The position numbers were made by a program, and so were the translations under genes. DNA of 64,000 nucleotides, from contig JAFUPC010000076.1 in assembly GCA_017481495.1 (NCBI GenBank), positions 8,755-72,754 of the forward strand, in the 5' to 3' direction. Shown piece after piece: positions 9,937 through 19,350 of this stretch (the stretch's first letter is position 1; each line of letters opens with the position of its first letter). This DNA is from Clostridia bacterium. Its GTDB lineage: Bacteria > Bacillota > Clostridia > Oscillospirales > CAG-272. The notes under the pieces were generated by a model. The model searched no databases. It was not told the origin of the DNA and saw only the letters and a list, made by a program, of their open reading frames with translations.

Positions 9937-10964
9937 GCGCCCTCCGTTTCGTTGGAAAGTGCGATGAATTTGTCAAGCGTTTCGGCGGCGCGCCCGGCGG
10001 CGATCAGCTCACTTGCCAGCCAGATGCCTTTTTTCAGGTCTTCCGCCTTGCCGCCGATATACAGTGCCGCGCCGGCATTCATCAAAACCGCATCGCGCTT
10101 GGGGCCGGTTTCTTTTCCTTCGAGAATCGCCCGCGTGATCGCCGCGTTTTCTTCGGGCGTTCCGCCTTCAAGGTCGGATTTTTCGCACCGTTTCAGACCA
10201 AACTGCTCCGGGGTGATGGTATACGTTTTTGACCATCCGTCCTTGAATTCGCACACGGTCGTCGGTGCAGAGAGGGAAATTTCGTCCAGTTTATCCTGTC
10301 CGTAAACGACCATGCCGCGGCGAACACCGAGGTTCATGAGTACCTCCGCCAGCGGTGCAACGAGATATTCGTCGTACACACCGAGTAGCTGCATCTTCGG
10401 ACTTCCGGGGTTGGTCAGCGGGCCTAAAATATTGAACACCGTGCGGAAGCCGAGCTCTTTCCGTATCGCGCCGACGTATTTCATGGAGGTGTGGTATTCC
10501 TGCGCAAAGAAGAAGCACATACCGACCGCGTCGAGCAGCTTCAGACACTGTGCGGGCGACTGGCGGATGTTGACGCCGAGTGCTTCCAGGCAGTCCGCCG
10601 TTCCGGAGGAAGAGGATGCCGCGCGGTTGCCGTGCTTTGCGATCTTCATGCCGCCCGATGCCGCGATGAACGCCGCGGTCGTGGAAATGTTGATGCTGTG
10701 CGCACCGTCACCGCCCGTTCCGACGATTTCAAAGAGATCGTAATCCGCGTTGACTTTCGTTGCGTGGTCGCGCATGGCGGCGGCACAGCCTGCGATCTCG
10801 ACGATGGTTTCGGCTTTCGTGCTTTTGGTGGACAGCGCCGCCAAAAACGCCGCGTTCTGGGTCGCACTCGTTTCGCCGCTCATGATTTCGTTCATGACGG
10901 TATACGCTTCGTCGTAGGTCAGGTCTTCTTTGTTGACGATTTTTACAATGGCTTCCTTGATCAT
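9933..10964 (-). CDS. trpD: anthranilate phosphoribosyltransferase
   Basis: 343 aa with GTGGDG motif and a TrpD-like N-terminal helical region. Confidence 0.9.
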   Translation of the reverse strand: MIKEAIVKIVNKEDLTYDEAYTVMNEIMSGETSATQNAAFLAALSTKSTKAETIVEIAGCAAAMRDHATKVNADYDLFEIVGTGGDGAHSINISTTAAFIAASGGMKIAKHGNRAASSSSGTADCLEALGVNIRQSPAQCLKLLDAVGMCFFFAQEYHTSMKYVGAIRKELGFRTVFNILGPLTNPGSPKMQLLGVYDEYLVAPLAEVLMNLGVRRGMVVYGQDKLDEISLSAPTTVCEFKDGWSKTYTITPEQFGLKRCEKSDLEGGTPEENAAITRAILEGKETGPKRDAVLMNAGAALYIGGKAEDLKKGIWLASELIAAGRAAETLDKFIALSNETEGA

Positions 10965-10983
10965 TTCCGTATTTCTCCTTTGC

Positions 10984-11547
10984 TTATTTTAAGAAATTCG
11001 CGAGCATTGCTTTTCCGTTTGGGGTCATGATGGATTCCGGATGGAACTGCACGCCGTAAATCGGGTATTCGGTATGCTGTACCGCCATGATCTCGCCCTC
11101 ATCGGTAACGGCGGTGACACGCAGACAGTCAGGGATGGTTTCGGGGTCGGCGGCAAGGGAATGATACCGCGCGACCGGTGCTTTTTCTTTGATTCCCGCA
11201 AACAGGGGGCAGGTGGTGTCAAAGGTCACCGTGGACTGCTTGCCGTGCATCAGACGGCGTGCATAGGTGACCGTCGCGCCGTATGCCATGCAGATGGCCT
11301 GGTGACCGAGACACACGCCGAGCGTGGGAATCTCCCGGCAGACGGTCTTTGCCGCTTCCACGATGATACCCGCGTCCTCGGGTCTGCCGGGGCCGGGGGA
11401 GAGGATGATGCGGCGGGGCGCAAGCTCACGGATGTCACCGACGGTGAGCGCATCGTTGCGGACAACGCGGATGTCGGGGTCGAGTGCGCCGACGAGCTGA
11501 TAGAGATTATAGGAAAAGCTGTCGTAATTGTCAATTAACAGAATCAT
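10984..11547 (-). CDS. trpG: anthranilate synthase component II (glutamine amidotransferase, TrpG/PabA type)
   Basis: [32 protein letters not shown] 11547 has RBS GAGGAGGG; the track start 11592 lies inside trpE. Confidence 0.9.
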   Translation of the reverse strand: MILLIDNYDSFSYNLYQLVGALDPDIRVVRNDALTVGDIRELAPRRIILSPGPGRPEDAGIIVEAAKTVCREIPTLGVCLGHQAICMAYGATVTYARRLMHGKQSTVTFDTTCPLFAGIKEKAPVARYHSLAADPETIPDCLRVTAVTDEGEIMAVQHTEYPIYGVQFHPESIMTPNGKAMLANFLK

Positions 11548-11560
11548 TGCCACACCCTCC

Positions 11561-13024
11561 TCACACTTCGTCCTGCGCAATTTCCAGCGCACGGATGACG
11601 GCTTTCGCCTTGTTTAAGCACTCCTCAAATTCCTTTTCGGGAACAGAATCCGCAACGATGCCGGCGCCGGAGCGGACGAACACCTTGCCGTTCTTCTTGT
11701 ATGCAATGCGGATGGCAATGCAGGTATCCATGTTTCCGGTGAAGTCGATATAGCCGATGGCACCGCCGTAGATGCCGCGTTTGTTGTTTTCCAGTGCCCC
11801 GATGAGCTGGCAGGCACGGATTTTCGGCGCGCCGGAGAGCGTTCCCGCGGGAAGCACCGCCGCGATGGCATCAAGGGCATCGCAGTCCTCCCGGATCTCC
11901 CCGCGCACGGTGGAACCGATGTGCATGACGTGGGAATAGCGTTCAATGGAGTGAAGCGTTTCCACCTCGACCGTGCCGAATTTGCTGATTCTGCCAAGGT
12001 CGTTTCGTCCGAGATCGACGAGCATATTGTGCTCGGCAAGCTCCTTTTCGTCGGAGAGCAGTTCGGCTTCCAGCGCTTTGTCTTCTTCCTCGGTCTTGCC
12101 GCGCGGTCTGGTTCCCGCAAGCGGGAACGTGTGGAGAACGCCGTTTTCCAGTTTCACCAGCGTTTCGGGCGATGCGCCCGCGACCTCGACGTCCGTGCCG
12201 GAGAAATAGAACATATACGGCGACGGGTTGATGGTACGCAGGACACGGTACGTGTTCAGAAGACTGCCTTCAAAGGGCGCGGACAGGCGGTTGGACAGGA
12301 CGATCTGGAAAATATCGCCCTCCCGGATGTGGTGCTTTGCGCGCTCGACCATTTCACAGAACCGCTCCTTTTCAAACAGCGGCGTGACCGCGCCGCAGAG
12401 CTTTCCGGCGGGTTCCTGTTTCTTTGTGCCGCAGCGCAGAAGGTTTGCCATCTGCTCCAGCTCCAGCACGGCTTTGTTGTAGCCGGTCTCGGGGTCGTCA
12501 AGGGACATATTGTCGATCAGGATCAGCTTCTGGCGGAAGTTGTCAAAGGCGATGACCCGGTCAAAGAGCATGAGGTCAATGTCCTTGAACGCTTCGGTGT
12601 CCTCCACATCGACCTTGACGCTCGGCTCGGAATAGGAAAGAAAATCGTAGGAAAAATACCCGACAAGACCGCCCGTGAACGACGGCAGATAATCAAAGCG
12701 CGGGCTTTTGTATTCCGCAAGAATATTGCGCAGATACGCGGCGGGGTCGGCGGTCTCGACGGTCACGTCGCCGATTTTCATTTTGCCGTTCACGCAGGTG
12801 ATCTCCAGCTTCGGGTCGTAGCCGAGAAACGTATACCGCCCCCACTTTTCGCGCTCCGCAACGGATTCCAGCAGGTAGCAGTGGGTGGAGATGTTTTTGA
12901 GGATGCGCATCGCTTCGATCGGTGTGCAGATGTCGGAGAGAATTTCACAGCTGACGGGCAGGACACGGTACTGTCCCCCGGCGGCAATCTCACGGACGGT
13001 GTCAAGGGTCGGTCGGATGTTCAT
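11561..13024 (-). CDS. trpE: anthranilate synthase component I
   Basis: TrpE-like, with LSGAPKIRA motif. ATG 13024 has RBS AAAGGAAG. The track extension to 13096 would run into the T-box terminator, so it was trimmed. Confidence 0.9.
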   Translation of the reverse strand: MNIRPTLDTVREIAAGGQYRVLPVSCEILSDICTPIEAMRILKNISTHCYLLESVAEREKWGRYTFLGYDPKLEITCVNGKMKIGDVTVETADPAAYLRNILAEYKSPRFDYLPSFTGGLVGYFSYDFLSYSEPSVKVDVEDTEAFKDIDLMLFDRVIAFDNFRQKLILIDNMSLDDPETGYNKAVLELEQMANLLRCGTKKQEPAGKLCGAVTPLFEKERFCEMVERAKHHIREGDIFQIVLSNRLSAPFEGSLLNTYRVLRTINPSPYMFYFSGTDVEVAGASPETLVKLENGVLHTFPLAGTRPRGKTEEEDKALEAELLSDEKELAEHNMLVDLGRNDLGRISKFGTVEVETLHSIERYSHVMHIGSTVRGEIREDCDALDAIAAVLPAGTLSGAPKIRACQLIGALENNKRGIYGGAIGYIDFTGNMDTCIAIRIAYKKNGKVFVRSGAGIVADSVPEKEFEECLNKAKAVIRALEIAQDEV

Positions 13025-13094
13025 GGCAGGTACTTCCTTTCGGGATTCAGTTTTTTTGATGGTGGAAGTATTCTGTGGGGTTTTACAAGAGTTC

Positions 13095-13138
13095 AAAACA
13101 AAACGCCCCCGACAGAATACATTGTTCTGTCAAGGGCG
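13095..13138 (-). terminator. T-box attenuator terminator upstream of trpE
   Basis: RNA sense CGCCCTTGACAGAA-caatgtat-TTCTGTCGGGGGCG (14 bp with two G-U pairs) followed by TTTTGTTTT. Confidence 0.75.
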
Positions 13139-13452
13139 AATAAGTTCTTTTGAAAAGAGATTATCCGTGGTGCCACCTTGAATTCACGGCAGGATGCCAT
13201 GCACTTTGCAGGATACCATCATATCCCCTGTCTCTGACGTGGACAGCGTTCTGTTTTTTTGGCAGAACCGTTCTCCATCTTCTGGAAAACTTCACGTTGC
13301 CGGATACTGAACGGAAAACACAGGTTTTTCCCTATTTCCCCGGCACCCTCCGCGGTCCATTTGATGACTTGTTTTTCACCCGATTCTCAGCTGTGCGGGC
13401 TCTCTGTGGAAGCATCGTCACCGTTATCTCCGCTTCTTCGGTTTAACTGATT
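13095..13452 (-). promoter_or_regulatory. T-box riboswitch leader, tRNA-Trp specific (UGG specifier), controlling trpEGDCFBA
   Basis: RNA sense has Stem I AGAGAG..CTGAGAA and specifier context CAAA-UGG-ACCGCG (UGG = 13359-13357). The T-box motif AAGGUGGCACCACGG lies at 13177-13165, followed by the terminator. Confidence 0.8.
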
Positions 13453-13454
13453 AA

Positions 13455-13483
13455 AGTATAACATAAATAAACCGATTTGTCAA
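13455..13483 (-). promoter_or_regulatory. trp operon promoter
   Basis: TTGACA (13483-13478), 17 nt, TATACT (13460-13455), preceded by AAACCCCC. Confidence 0.7.
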
Positions 13484-13555
13484 GGGGGTTTATCAAAATT
13501 CCGCAAAAAAATTACATAACCAAATCTGCTGTCCGGTATCAGCGGGACTTATGAC

Positions 13556-14827
13556 TCATTTTTCCAGGCGGTACTCCACGGTGAACGGTGCTTCGTCTGC
13601 GTTCTGGACACGGTAGAGGATTGCATCGCCCTTGGCAAGGGACACGGTGACGGAGTCGGTCCTGTCGCAGACGACGTTCTGCCGACCGGTCACGCGGCTG
13701 ACCTCGTAGAGACGGGATGCGTTTTTGAGAGAAACCGTAATCTCGCGGTCACATTCGTAGTCGCGGTTGAGAAGCAGGAGGTAGCGGTTGCCGTAAGCGT
13801 CCTCAAATTCGCCGGCGGAGGTGCGTGCTGGAAGCGAACCGGTGAGCAGAAGGCTGTCTTCCATCTTCTCGGCAAGACCTTCCATGTGCTCGCATCCGGG
13901 CAGGAGGTCGTCGGAGTGAATGACGGTTTTGTTCTCGATTGCCATCAGCGTATTGCCAAGATGCCGCAGTTCCTCGTGGATGACCTTCTGATCTTCAAAG
14001 AAGATGCCCTTTGCGCCGCTCTGCTCGATGACAGCCCCGACAGCGGTGAACTGCTGCAATGCCTTTGCGCCGTAAAGGATGCCCGCATACATATTCATTC
14101 TTACCATCGGGAACATGAACTTCTTGTACTTGTAGAGGTTCTGACCGTGGTAGTAGAACCAGATGGGCAGATCGTATTTTCTGCCGAGCTTACGCATCAG
14201 CCCAAGGTCGAGCCACATAAACGAGTCGTCCAGCTGCTTTTCATCGGTATACCAGCGCAGACCGATGGGGTAATAGTCAAGCGACAGTACCGGCGGGTCG
14301 ATGACGGTGCAATAACGCTCGAGATACCCTGCAAATTCACCGTTTTCCCAGGTGAAAATATCGTTGTAGCTGGGGATGGCAACAGTGAACGGCAGGCGGT
14401 CGGGATCCTCTTTCTGGAACATATCGACCTGGCGGCGCGCTTCTTTCAGTTGTTCATCCTTGTACGGTTCGTCCCAGACATAGTAGCCGACCGTGCGCTT
14501 GTAAGGCTTGACATGGTCTGCGACCGCTTTGACGTCTTTCTGTCCGAGCTTGCGCTCCATTCTGTGCAGCTGCATTCCGCCGTACAGCGAGAAATCCTGA
14601 TATAAGAGGTCCACGCCCAGCTCCTCGCAGATGCGCAGGGCTTCCTCTGCCTGTTCATGGCTTGCCCAGCCCAGCTCCAGCATATTGAAGCCTGCGTCCG
14701 CGCAGTTTTCCAGAACGTCGCGCATATTGTCGCCGCGTGCGGAGAACGTGGAAAGGATGAAGTTGTCCTGCCGCCACATTCTGCGCGGGTTACCGAGCGG
14801 GTAACGGGATAAGATTTTGTGTTCCAT
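13556..14827 (-). CDS. hypothetical cytoplasmic TIM-barrel-like protein, possible glycoside hydrolase
   Basis: 423 aa ORF with coding-like composition and no signal peptide. It lies immediately downstream of the DUF4091-like gene. Function not recognisable from sequence alone. Confidence 0.7.
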   Translation of the reverse strand: MEHKILSRYPLGNPRRMWRQDNFILSTFSARGDNMRDVLENCADAGFNMLELGWASHEQAEEALRICEELGVDLLYQDFSLYGGMQLHRMERKLGQKDVKAVADHVKPYKRTVGYYVWDEPYKDEQLKEARRQVDMFQKEDPDRLPFTVAIPSYNDIFTWENGEFAGYLERYCTVIDPPVLSLDYYPIGLRWYTDEKQLDDSFMWLDLGLMRKLGRKYDLPIWFYYHGQNLYKYKKFMFPMVRMNMYAGILYGAKALQQFTAVGAVIEQSGAKGIFFEDQKVIHEELRHLGNTLMAIENKTVIHSDDLLPGCEHMEGLAEKMEDSLLLTGSLPARTSAGEFEDAYGNRYLLLLNRDYECDREITVSLKNASRLYEVSRVTGRQNVVCDRTDSVTVSLAKGDAILYRVQNADEAPFTVEYRLEK

Positions 14828-14865
14828 GGGTTGTTTCCTCCGTGGGATATTGTATATTATGATTG

Positions 14866-16395
14866 TTACATCATATCAAGATAGGTGAGAAGTGCCGCGC
14901 GGGTGTCGTCGAGATCGCTGGGATCGTCTGTGAAATCGCGGAACGTCTTTGCGGTGCGGCACGCAAGTGCTTTTGCGGCGGTTTTATCGGTTTCGGCGAG
15001 CTTGTGGAGCAGTTCCCATTCCTCAATGCCCATCGTCGTTGCAAGACCGCGGTTAGACATGAGCACGCCGCCGTTTTCTTCATCGGGATAAACGATGAAG
15101 CCGTCGCCCTTGAAGCGGGTATTCGGATTTCTGCCGTAAGGCGTATCGGGCGACCAGAAATTGAAGCCCCAGTGCAGAAAACCGGTGATGTCCTGCGCAA
15201 AGCACGCCCATTTGATCATCCGCGCGTACCGAGCGGGCAGGTCGATGAACTTGTTCAGCCACCACGGCTCCTCCGGGAAGCAGCAGGAATAGCACCAGAC
15301 TTCCCCGCCGTCCTCGGCATATTTCGTATAATATTCGGCATCGTGGTCGTACACCTCAAGCCGCGGCACGGGGATGTCGCATTCATTTCCGAGTGCCCGT
15401 CCGATGCCCTTGGTGTCAATGGGTTCCATGCACGGCACACCGGGCGCGACGCGGTGACAGATCTCCCTTGCCCAGAGCCACGACTGCGTGGTATGCGGTT
15501 CGTCTTCCAGGTGGAAGCGGAGCATCTCATACCAGCCGCGTTCCCGGCAATGTTCTGCGATGCCGCCGAAGAACGTTTCTGCCCACGCGCCTGCGGCTTC
15601 CATATCCGCATCGTCCGTGAACAGAGGCAGATTCGTGCCGTAACCGTTGTCGTCAATGGAATGGAACGCATCGCCCGTGACCGGGCGGATACTGCCCGTG
15701 ATGGTCAGATAACGGAAGCTGCCGTGTTCTAAAAACAATTCCACAAATTTGTCAAATGCGGAAAAATCAAGCGACCATGTTGTCCGTGTTGTGCGTTTCG
15801 TGCCGCCGCGCGCAAGCAGGGTCACAGCATTGACATACAGGCTGTTGACACGCAGGTCTTTCATGGCGCGGGCATACGGGATGAGCGTTTCCGCACTTCC
15901 ATCCCCCAGGTCAAAGAAATATTCGTGTCCGAACGCGGAATTCTTCGGCTCGCCGATGACTGCCCGGTGGACTGTGACCGTGACAGAAGCATTCATATAA
16001 TGGATGTCGCCGTTGTCGCGGGTCGCTTTGATGCGGACAGCGATATTGGTACTTCCACACGGGGTGTCGGGTGCGGTCTTCACAAGCAGGACAAAGCCCT
16101 GGGTCGTACTCGCTTTCACATAAACACGCTGTTTCCCGGTCAGAAGATCGGGGTACGGCAGACCGTCGTTGTAGATCTCATACCCCTGTGCGCCGACGGT
16201 CACTTCCATACCGGCACAAGCACCCGTGACCTCCTCGACCTCTGCCCAGAAGCCCTGTGCAGCATCGCGCACCAGAAGCTGTGCGGCATCGGTCATGTTC
16301 CGTCCCGTATGCAGGGTGATGCGGTTTGCATCGGTTTCCCGGCGGCGTGTATGACGGTATACGCTGTCAGAGATGGATCTGCACCAGATTTCCAT
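14866..16395 (-). CDS. DUF4091-type (GH123-like) putative glycoside hydrolase
   Basis: The C-terminal region WCYSCCFPEEPWWLNKFIDLP..GFLHWGFNFW resembles DUF4091 proteins (recalled). ATG 16395 has RBS AAGGAGAG; the track start 16449 lies upstream of the -10 box. Confidence 0.7.
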   Translation of the reverse strand: MEIWCRSISDSVYRHTRRRETDANRITLHTGRNMTDAAQLLVRDAAQGFWAEVEEVTGACAGMEVTVGAQGYEIYNDGLPYPDLLTGKQRVYVKASTTQGFVLLVKTAPDTPCGSTNIAVRIKATRDNGDIHYMNASVTVTVHRAVIGEPKNSAFGHEYFFDLGDGSAETLIPYARAMKDLRVNSLYVNAVTLLARGGTKRTTRTTWSLDFSAFDKFVELFLEHGSFRYLTITGSIRPVTGDAFHSIDDNGYGTNLPLFTDDADMEAAGAWAETFFGGIAEHCRERGWYEMLRFHLEDEPHTTQSWLWAREICHRVAPGVPCMEPIDTKGIGRALGNECDIPVPRLEVYDHDAEYYTKYAEDGGEVWCYSCCFPEEPWWLNKFIDLPARYARMIKWACFAQDITGFLHWGFNFWSPDTPYGRNPNTRFKGDGFIVYPDEENGGVLMSNRGLATTMGIEEWELLHKLAETDKTAAKALACRTAKTFRDFTDDPSDLDDTRAALLTYLDMM

Positions 16396-16437
16396 AAACT
16401 GTATCTCTCCTTTTGTGTTTTTGGAATTGTTTCCTCT

Positions 16438-16466
16438 ATTATACAACATCCCGCGGGACTTTGCAA
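16438..16466 (-). promoter_or_regulatory. promoter of the DUF4091/TIM-barrel gene pair
   Basis: TTGCAA (16466-16461), 17 nt, TATAAT (16443-16438). Confidence 0.55.
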
Positions 16467-16516
16467 GAGGTTGTGCGATTTTTCCGGAAATTTTTCTTTC
16501 AATTTACGCAATCCGC

Positions 16517-16545
16517 TTGCAAATGTGTGTGAAATGTGATAAAAT
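16517..16545 (+). promoter_or_regulatory. promoter of the DUF896 gene
   Basis: TTGCAA (16517-16522), 17 nt, TAAAAT (16540-16545). Confidence 0.5.
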
Positions 16546-16583
16546 ATAAGAGCGAACAAAAAACAAAGAAGGATATTTCGATT

Positions 16584-16784
16584 ATGACACAGGAAAAAAT
16601 CGACCGCATCAACCATCTGGCGCGCAAGAAGCGCACCGAGGGTCTGACCGACGAAGAACACGCGGAACAGAAAGACCTGCACAAGGAATACATTGCCTCC
16701 TACCGTGCCTCCCTGCGCGGCATCCTTGATAACACTGTCATCGAGCGGCCGGACGGCACCAGAGAAGCACTGAAGAAAAAGTAA
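16584..16784 (+). CDS. DUF896 / UPF0291 (YnzC-like) small protein
   Basis: MTQEKIDRINHLARKKRTEGLTDEEHAEQKDLHKEYI.. is typical of the family. ATG 16584 has RBS AAGAAGGA. Confidence 0.75.
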   Translation: MTQEKIDRINHLARKKRTEGLTDEEHAEQKDLHKEYIASYRASLRGILDNTVIERPDGTREALKKK

Positions 16785-16889
16785 AACCCCAACCGGACAC
16801 CGGCAAAGGGTTTCCCGCGTTTCCATCCAATCCATCCAACCACAGCACACCCAAGCCAAACGTAACAAACCTGAAAGGAATCAAGCAAC

Positions 16890-18404
16890 ATGAAAAACCG
16901 CAAGCATATTTTCACCGCACTCCTTGCCCTGCTCGCCGTCACGGCGCTGACTGCCTCCTGCGGCAGTGATGAGGGTTCGACCGTTGATACCGCCGCAAAA
17001 ACAGGCTCGGATGCCGTCGAAGAGACCACTGTTGTCACAAACGAACGCGAAGCCATCCGGGAAGAGATCCCCGAAGATGCCGATTATGAAGGCTATGAAT
17101 TCCGCATCCAGTCCCGCGATGCAGACCACCACATGAAGGAGCTGTCCGCCGAGGCGGAAAACGGCGAGACCATCAATGATGCCGTTTACAAGCGCAACAC
17201 GCTCGTTGAGGACAAGCTGAACATTACCATCGTTCCCATCTACGAGTCTGAAGCACCCGAATCCAATCCGCCGACCCTGCTCCGTCAGGCGATCATGGCG
17301 GGAGACGATTATGTCGATCTGGCACTTGTCCACACCATCCAGTCCGGTATTCTGGCGGCGGACGGTCTGTTCTTGAACTGGTACGATATGCCGTATGTCG
17401 ATTTCACAAAGCCGTGGTGGAATACCAACGTCTCTGATGCGCTGACCATTGACGGCGCGTGCTATCTCGCAGTTGGCGACCTCTGCATTTCTGCCATCGA
17501 CTACGCATGGTCGATGGTCTACAACAAGCAGATGGCGGAGACTTATGACCTTGGCGACATTTATCAGCTCGTCGTGGACGGCAAGTGGACCGTTGACACG
17601 TTCAACACGATGATCGCCCAGGCATCCGTTGACGTCAACGGTGACAGCAAATACGACGACCAGGACCAGTACGGCTTCACCACGCACAACAACTCCGCCA
17701 TTGTCAACTGGATGTTCGCGCTTGACCAGAAAGTCACCGAGATGAATTCCGACGGTCTGCCGGAGCTTGCGCTGAACACCGAGCACATGGTCGACCTTGT
17801 CGAAAAGGTCCATGACGGTCTCTACACCGGCAACCAGACCTACATCGTCACCGACGAATACACCTCTGCCAACAACACGACCCACGACCTTGCCGTTGCC
17901 AATATGTTCAGCGAGGGCAAGTCGCTGTTTGCCGCTCTGCGCATTTACGTCATCGACGAGCTGCGTTCGATGGAGACCAATTTCGGTATCATTCCGTTCC
18001 CGAAGTATGACGAAGCGCAGTCCGACTATTACACGCACGTTGACGGTCACGCGCCGCTGATGTGCCTGCCCAAGACCATCACCGACACCGAGCGCACCGG
18101 TGTTATCATCGAAGCCCTCTGCGCCGAATCCTACCGCACCTGCGTTCCCGCCGTTTACGACGTCGTTCTGACCGAAAAGTTTGCCCGTGACGAGATGTCC
18201 GTCAAGATGCTCGACATCATTCTCGACGGCCGCACCCAGAACTTCGGTTATGTCTACGAGGGTTCCACCGGTATGCAGTGGTCGCTGACATCCCTTATGA
18301 AGTCCAAGTCCACGGATTTCGCTTCTTATTACAAGAAGCACGAAAAGGCAGCTGTCCGGTATTATAACGAAATTATCGAAGCGCATCAGAATATCGAGGA
18401 TTGA
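16890..18404 (+). CDS. extracellular solute-binding lipoprotein (ABC SBP fold), orphan
   Basis: Lipobox LTASC after a signal peptide; 504 aa. Clear paralogue of 22783..24261 (shared GDD.Y, PWWN/EWWN, DGKWT/EGRWT, IPFPKYDE/LPYPKYDE, FASYYKK/FASFYAK). No permease or ATPase gene adjacent. Confidence 0.85.
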   Translation: MKNRKHIFTALLALLAVTALTASCGSDEGSTVDTAAKTGSDAVEETTVVTNEREAIREEIPEDADYEGYEFRIQSRDADHHMKELSAEAENGETINDAVYKRNTLVEDKLNITIVPIYESEAPESNPPTLLRQAIMAGDDYVDLALVHTIQSGILAADGLFLNWYDMPYVDFTKPWWNTNVSDALTIDGACYLAVGDLCISAIDYAWSMVYNKQMAETYDLGDIYQLVVDGKWTVDTFNTMIAQASVDVNGDSKYDDQDQYGFTTHNNSAIVNWMFALDQKVTEMNSDGLPELALNTEHMVDLVEKVHDGLYTGNQTYIVTDEYTSANNTTHDLAVANMFSEGKSLFAALRIYVIDELRSMETNFGIIPFPKYDEAQSDYYTHVDGHAPLMCLPKTITDTERTGVIIEALCAESYRTCVPAVYDVVLTEKFARDEMSVKMLDIILDGRTQNFGYVYEGSTGMQWSLTSLMKSKSTDFASYYKKHEKAAVRYYNEIIEAHQNIED

Positions 18405-18413
18405 TTCGATCTC

Positions 18414-18507
18414 TTCGCCGATAGGCGAAACTTCACTTTGCGCAAAGCGCAAAATCCCTTTACGCGATGCGTAAAGGGAGGAAAAAGGAGTGCAAAGCAC
18501 TCCTTTT
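18414..18507. other. array of four tandem stem-loops filling the convergent spacer; the last acts as a bidirectional terminator
   Basis: TTCGCC-gata-GGCGAA (18414-18429); TTTGCGC-aaa-GCGCAAA (18437-18453); TCCCTTTACGC-gat-GCGTAAAGGGA (18455-18479); AAAAGGAGTGC-aaa-GCACTCCTTTT (18483-18507). Confidence 0.8.
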
Positions 18508-18509
18508 CT

Positions 18510-19340
18510 TTATGTGAGAACGAAATACAATAATACCAGAACACCGAGGATGATTCTGTAATACGCGAACACATTGAAATTCTTCTTCCTTACATACTCC
18601 ATCAGAAACCGGATCACGATCATCGACACGACGAACGCGACGACCGTTCCGATGAGCAATATCCCCGCTTCCATGAGCGTGAAATCAAATCCGAATTTCA
18701 CCAGCTTCAGCAGCGACCCGCCTGCCATGACGGGAATGGCGAGGAAAAACGTAAATTCTGCGGCGGCGGTGCGGGACAACCCGAGCAGCAGTCCCCCGAT
18801 GATGGTCGCGCCGGAGCGGGAGGTTCCGGGAAAGATCGCCGCGATGAGCTGGAATAAACCGATGAGAAGCGCGGTCTTGTAGGTGATCGCCTGTGTGTCG
18901 GTGACAGCAGGTGTCCGTTTGACCAGATATTTTTCGGCAATGAGGAACACGACACCGACCAGAATCAGCATCACGGCGACTGTGATGTAGTTGTAGAGAT
19001 ACGGCTCCACGATGTCGTCAAGCACAAAGGCATACACACACGCGGGGATACAGGCGACGATGATGTGAAACCACAAGGACCAGATGTCGCGCCGCAGAAA
19101 CGGTTCGCCTTTTTTGAGGGAAAACGGGAAAATCTTCCCCCAGTACAGCACCACGACCGCAAGGATCGCGCCCAGCTGCACGACGACCAGAAACAGTTCC
19201 CAGAATTCCGCCGACACGTTCATCGGCAGAAGCTCTTCCAGCAGAATCAGATGTCCGGTGCTGGAGACCGGAAGCCATTCGGTGATGCCTTCGACGACAC
19301 CGTACAGGATGGCTTTGAGAAATTCGATGACAGTCTGCAT
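18510..19340 (-). CDS. uppP: undecaprenyl-diphosphate phosphatase
   Basis: VVEGITEWLPVSSTGHL motif; 276 aa polytopic membrane protein. Confidence 0.9.
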   Translation of the reverse strand: MQTVIEFLKAILYGVVEGITEWLPVSSTGHLILLEELLPMNVSAEFWELFLVVVQLGAILAVVVLYWGKIFPFSLKKGEPFLRRDIWSLWFHIIVACIPACVYAFVLDDIVEPYLYNYITVAVMLILVGVVFLIAEKYLVKRTPAVTDTQAITYKTALLIGLFQLIAAIFPGTSRSGATIIGGLLLGLSRTAAAEFTFFLAIPVMAGGSLLKLVKFGFDFTLMEAGILLIGTVVAFVVSMIVIRFLMEYVRKKNFNVFAYYRIILGVLVLLYFVLT

Positions 19341-19350
19341 GAATCAGTGA

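Noticed and set aside
13025-13096. N-terminal extension of trpE offered by the track (start 13096)
   Set aside because: The extension lies in the region just downstream of the T-box terminator and abuts its U-tract, and it has no RBS. ATG 13024 has AAAGGAAG.
11921-13153. 410-aa + strand ORF over trpE and the T-box terminator
   Set aside because: Shadow of trpE. It would also run through a structured leader.
16881-18500. 539-aa minus-strand ORF opposite the first SBP gene
   Set aside because: No signal or motifs, and Val/Gly/Asp/Arg-rich shadow composition. The + frame has a lipobox and a paralogue at 22783.
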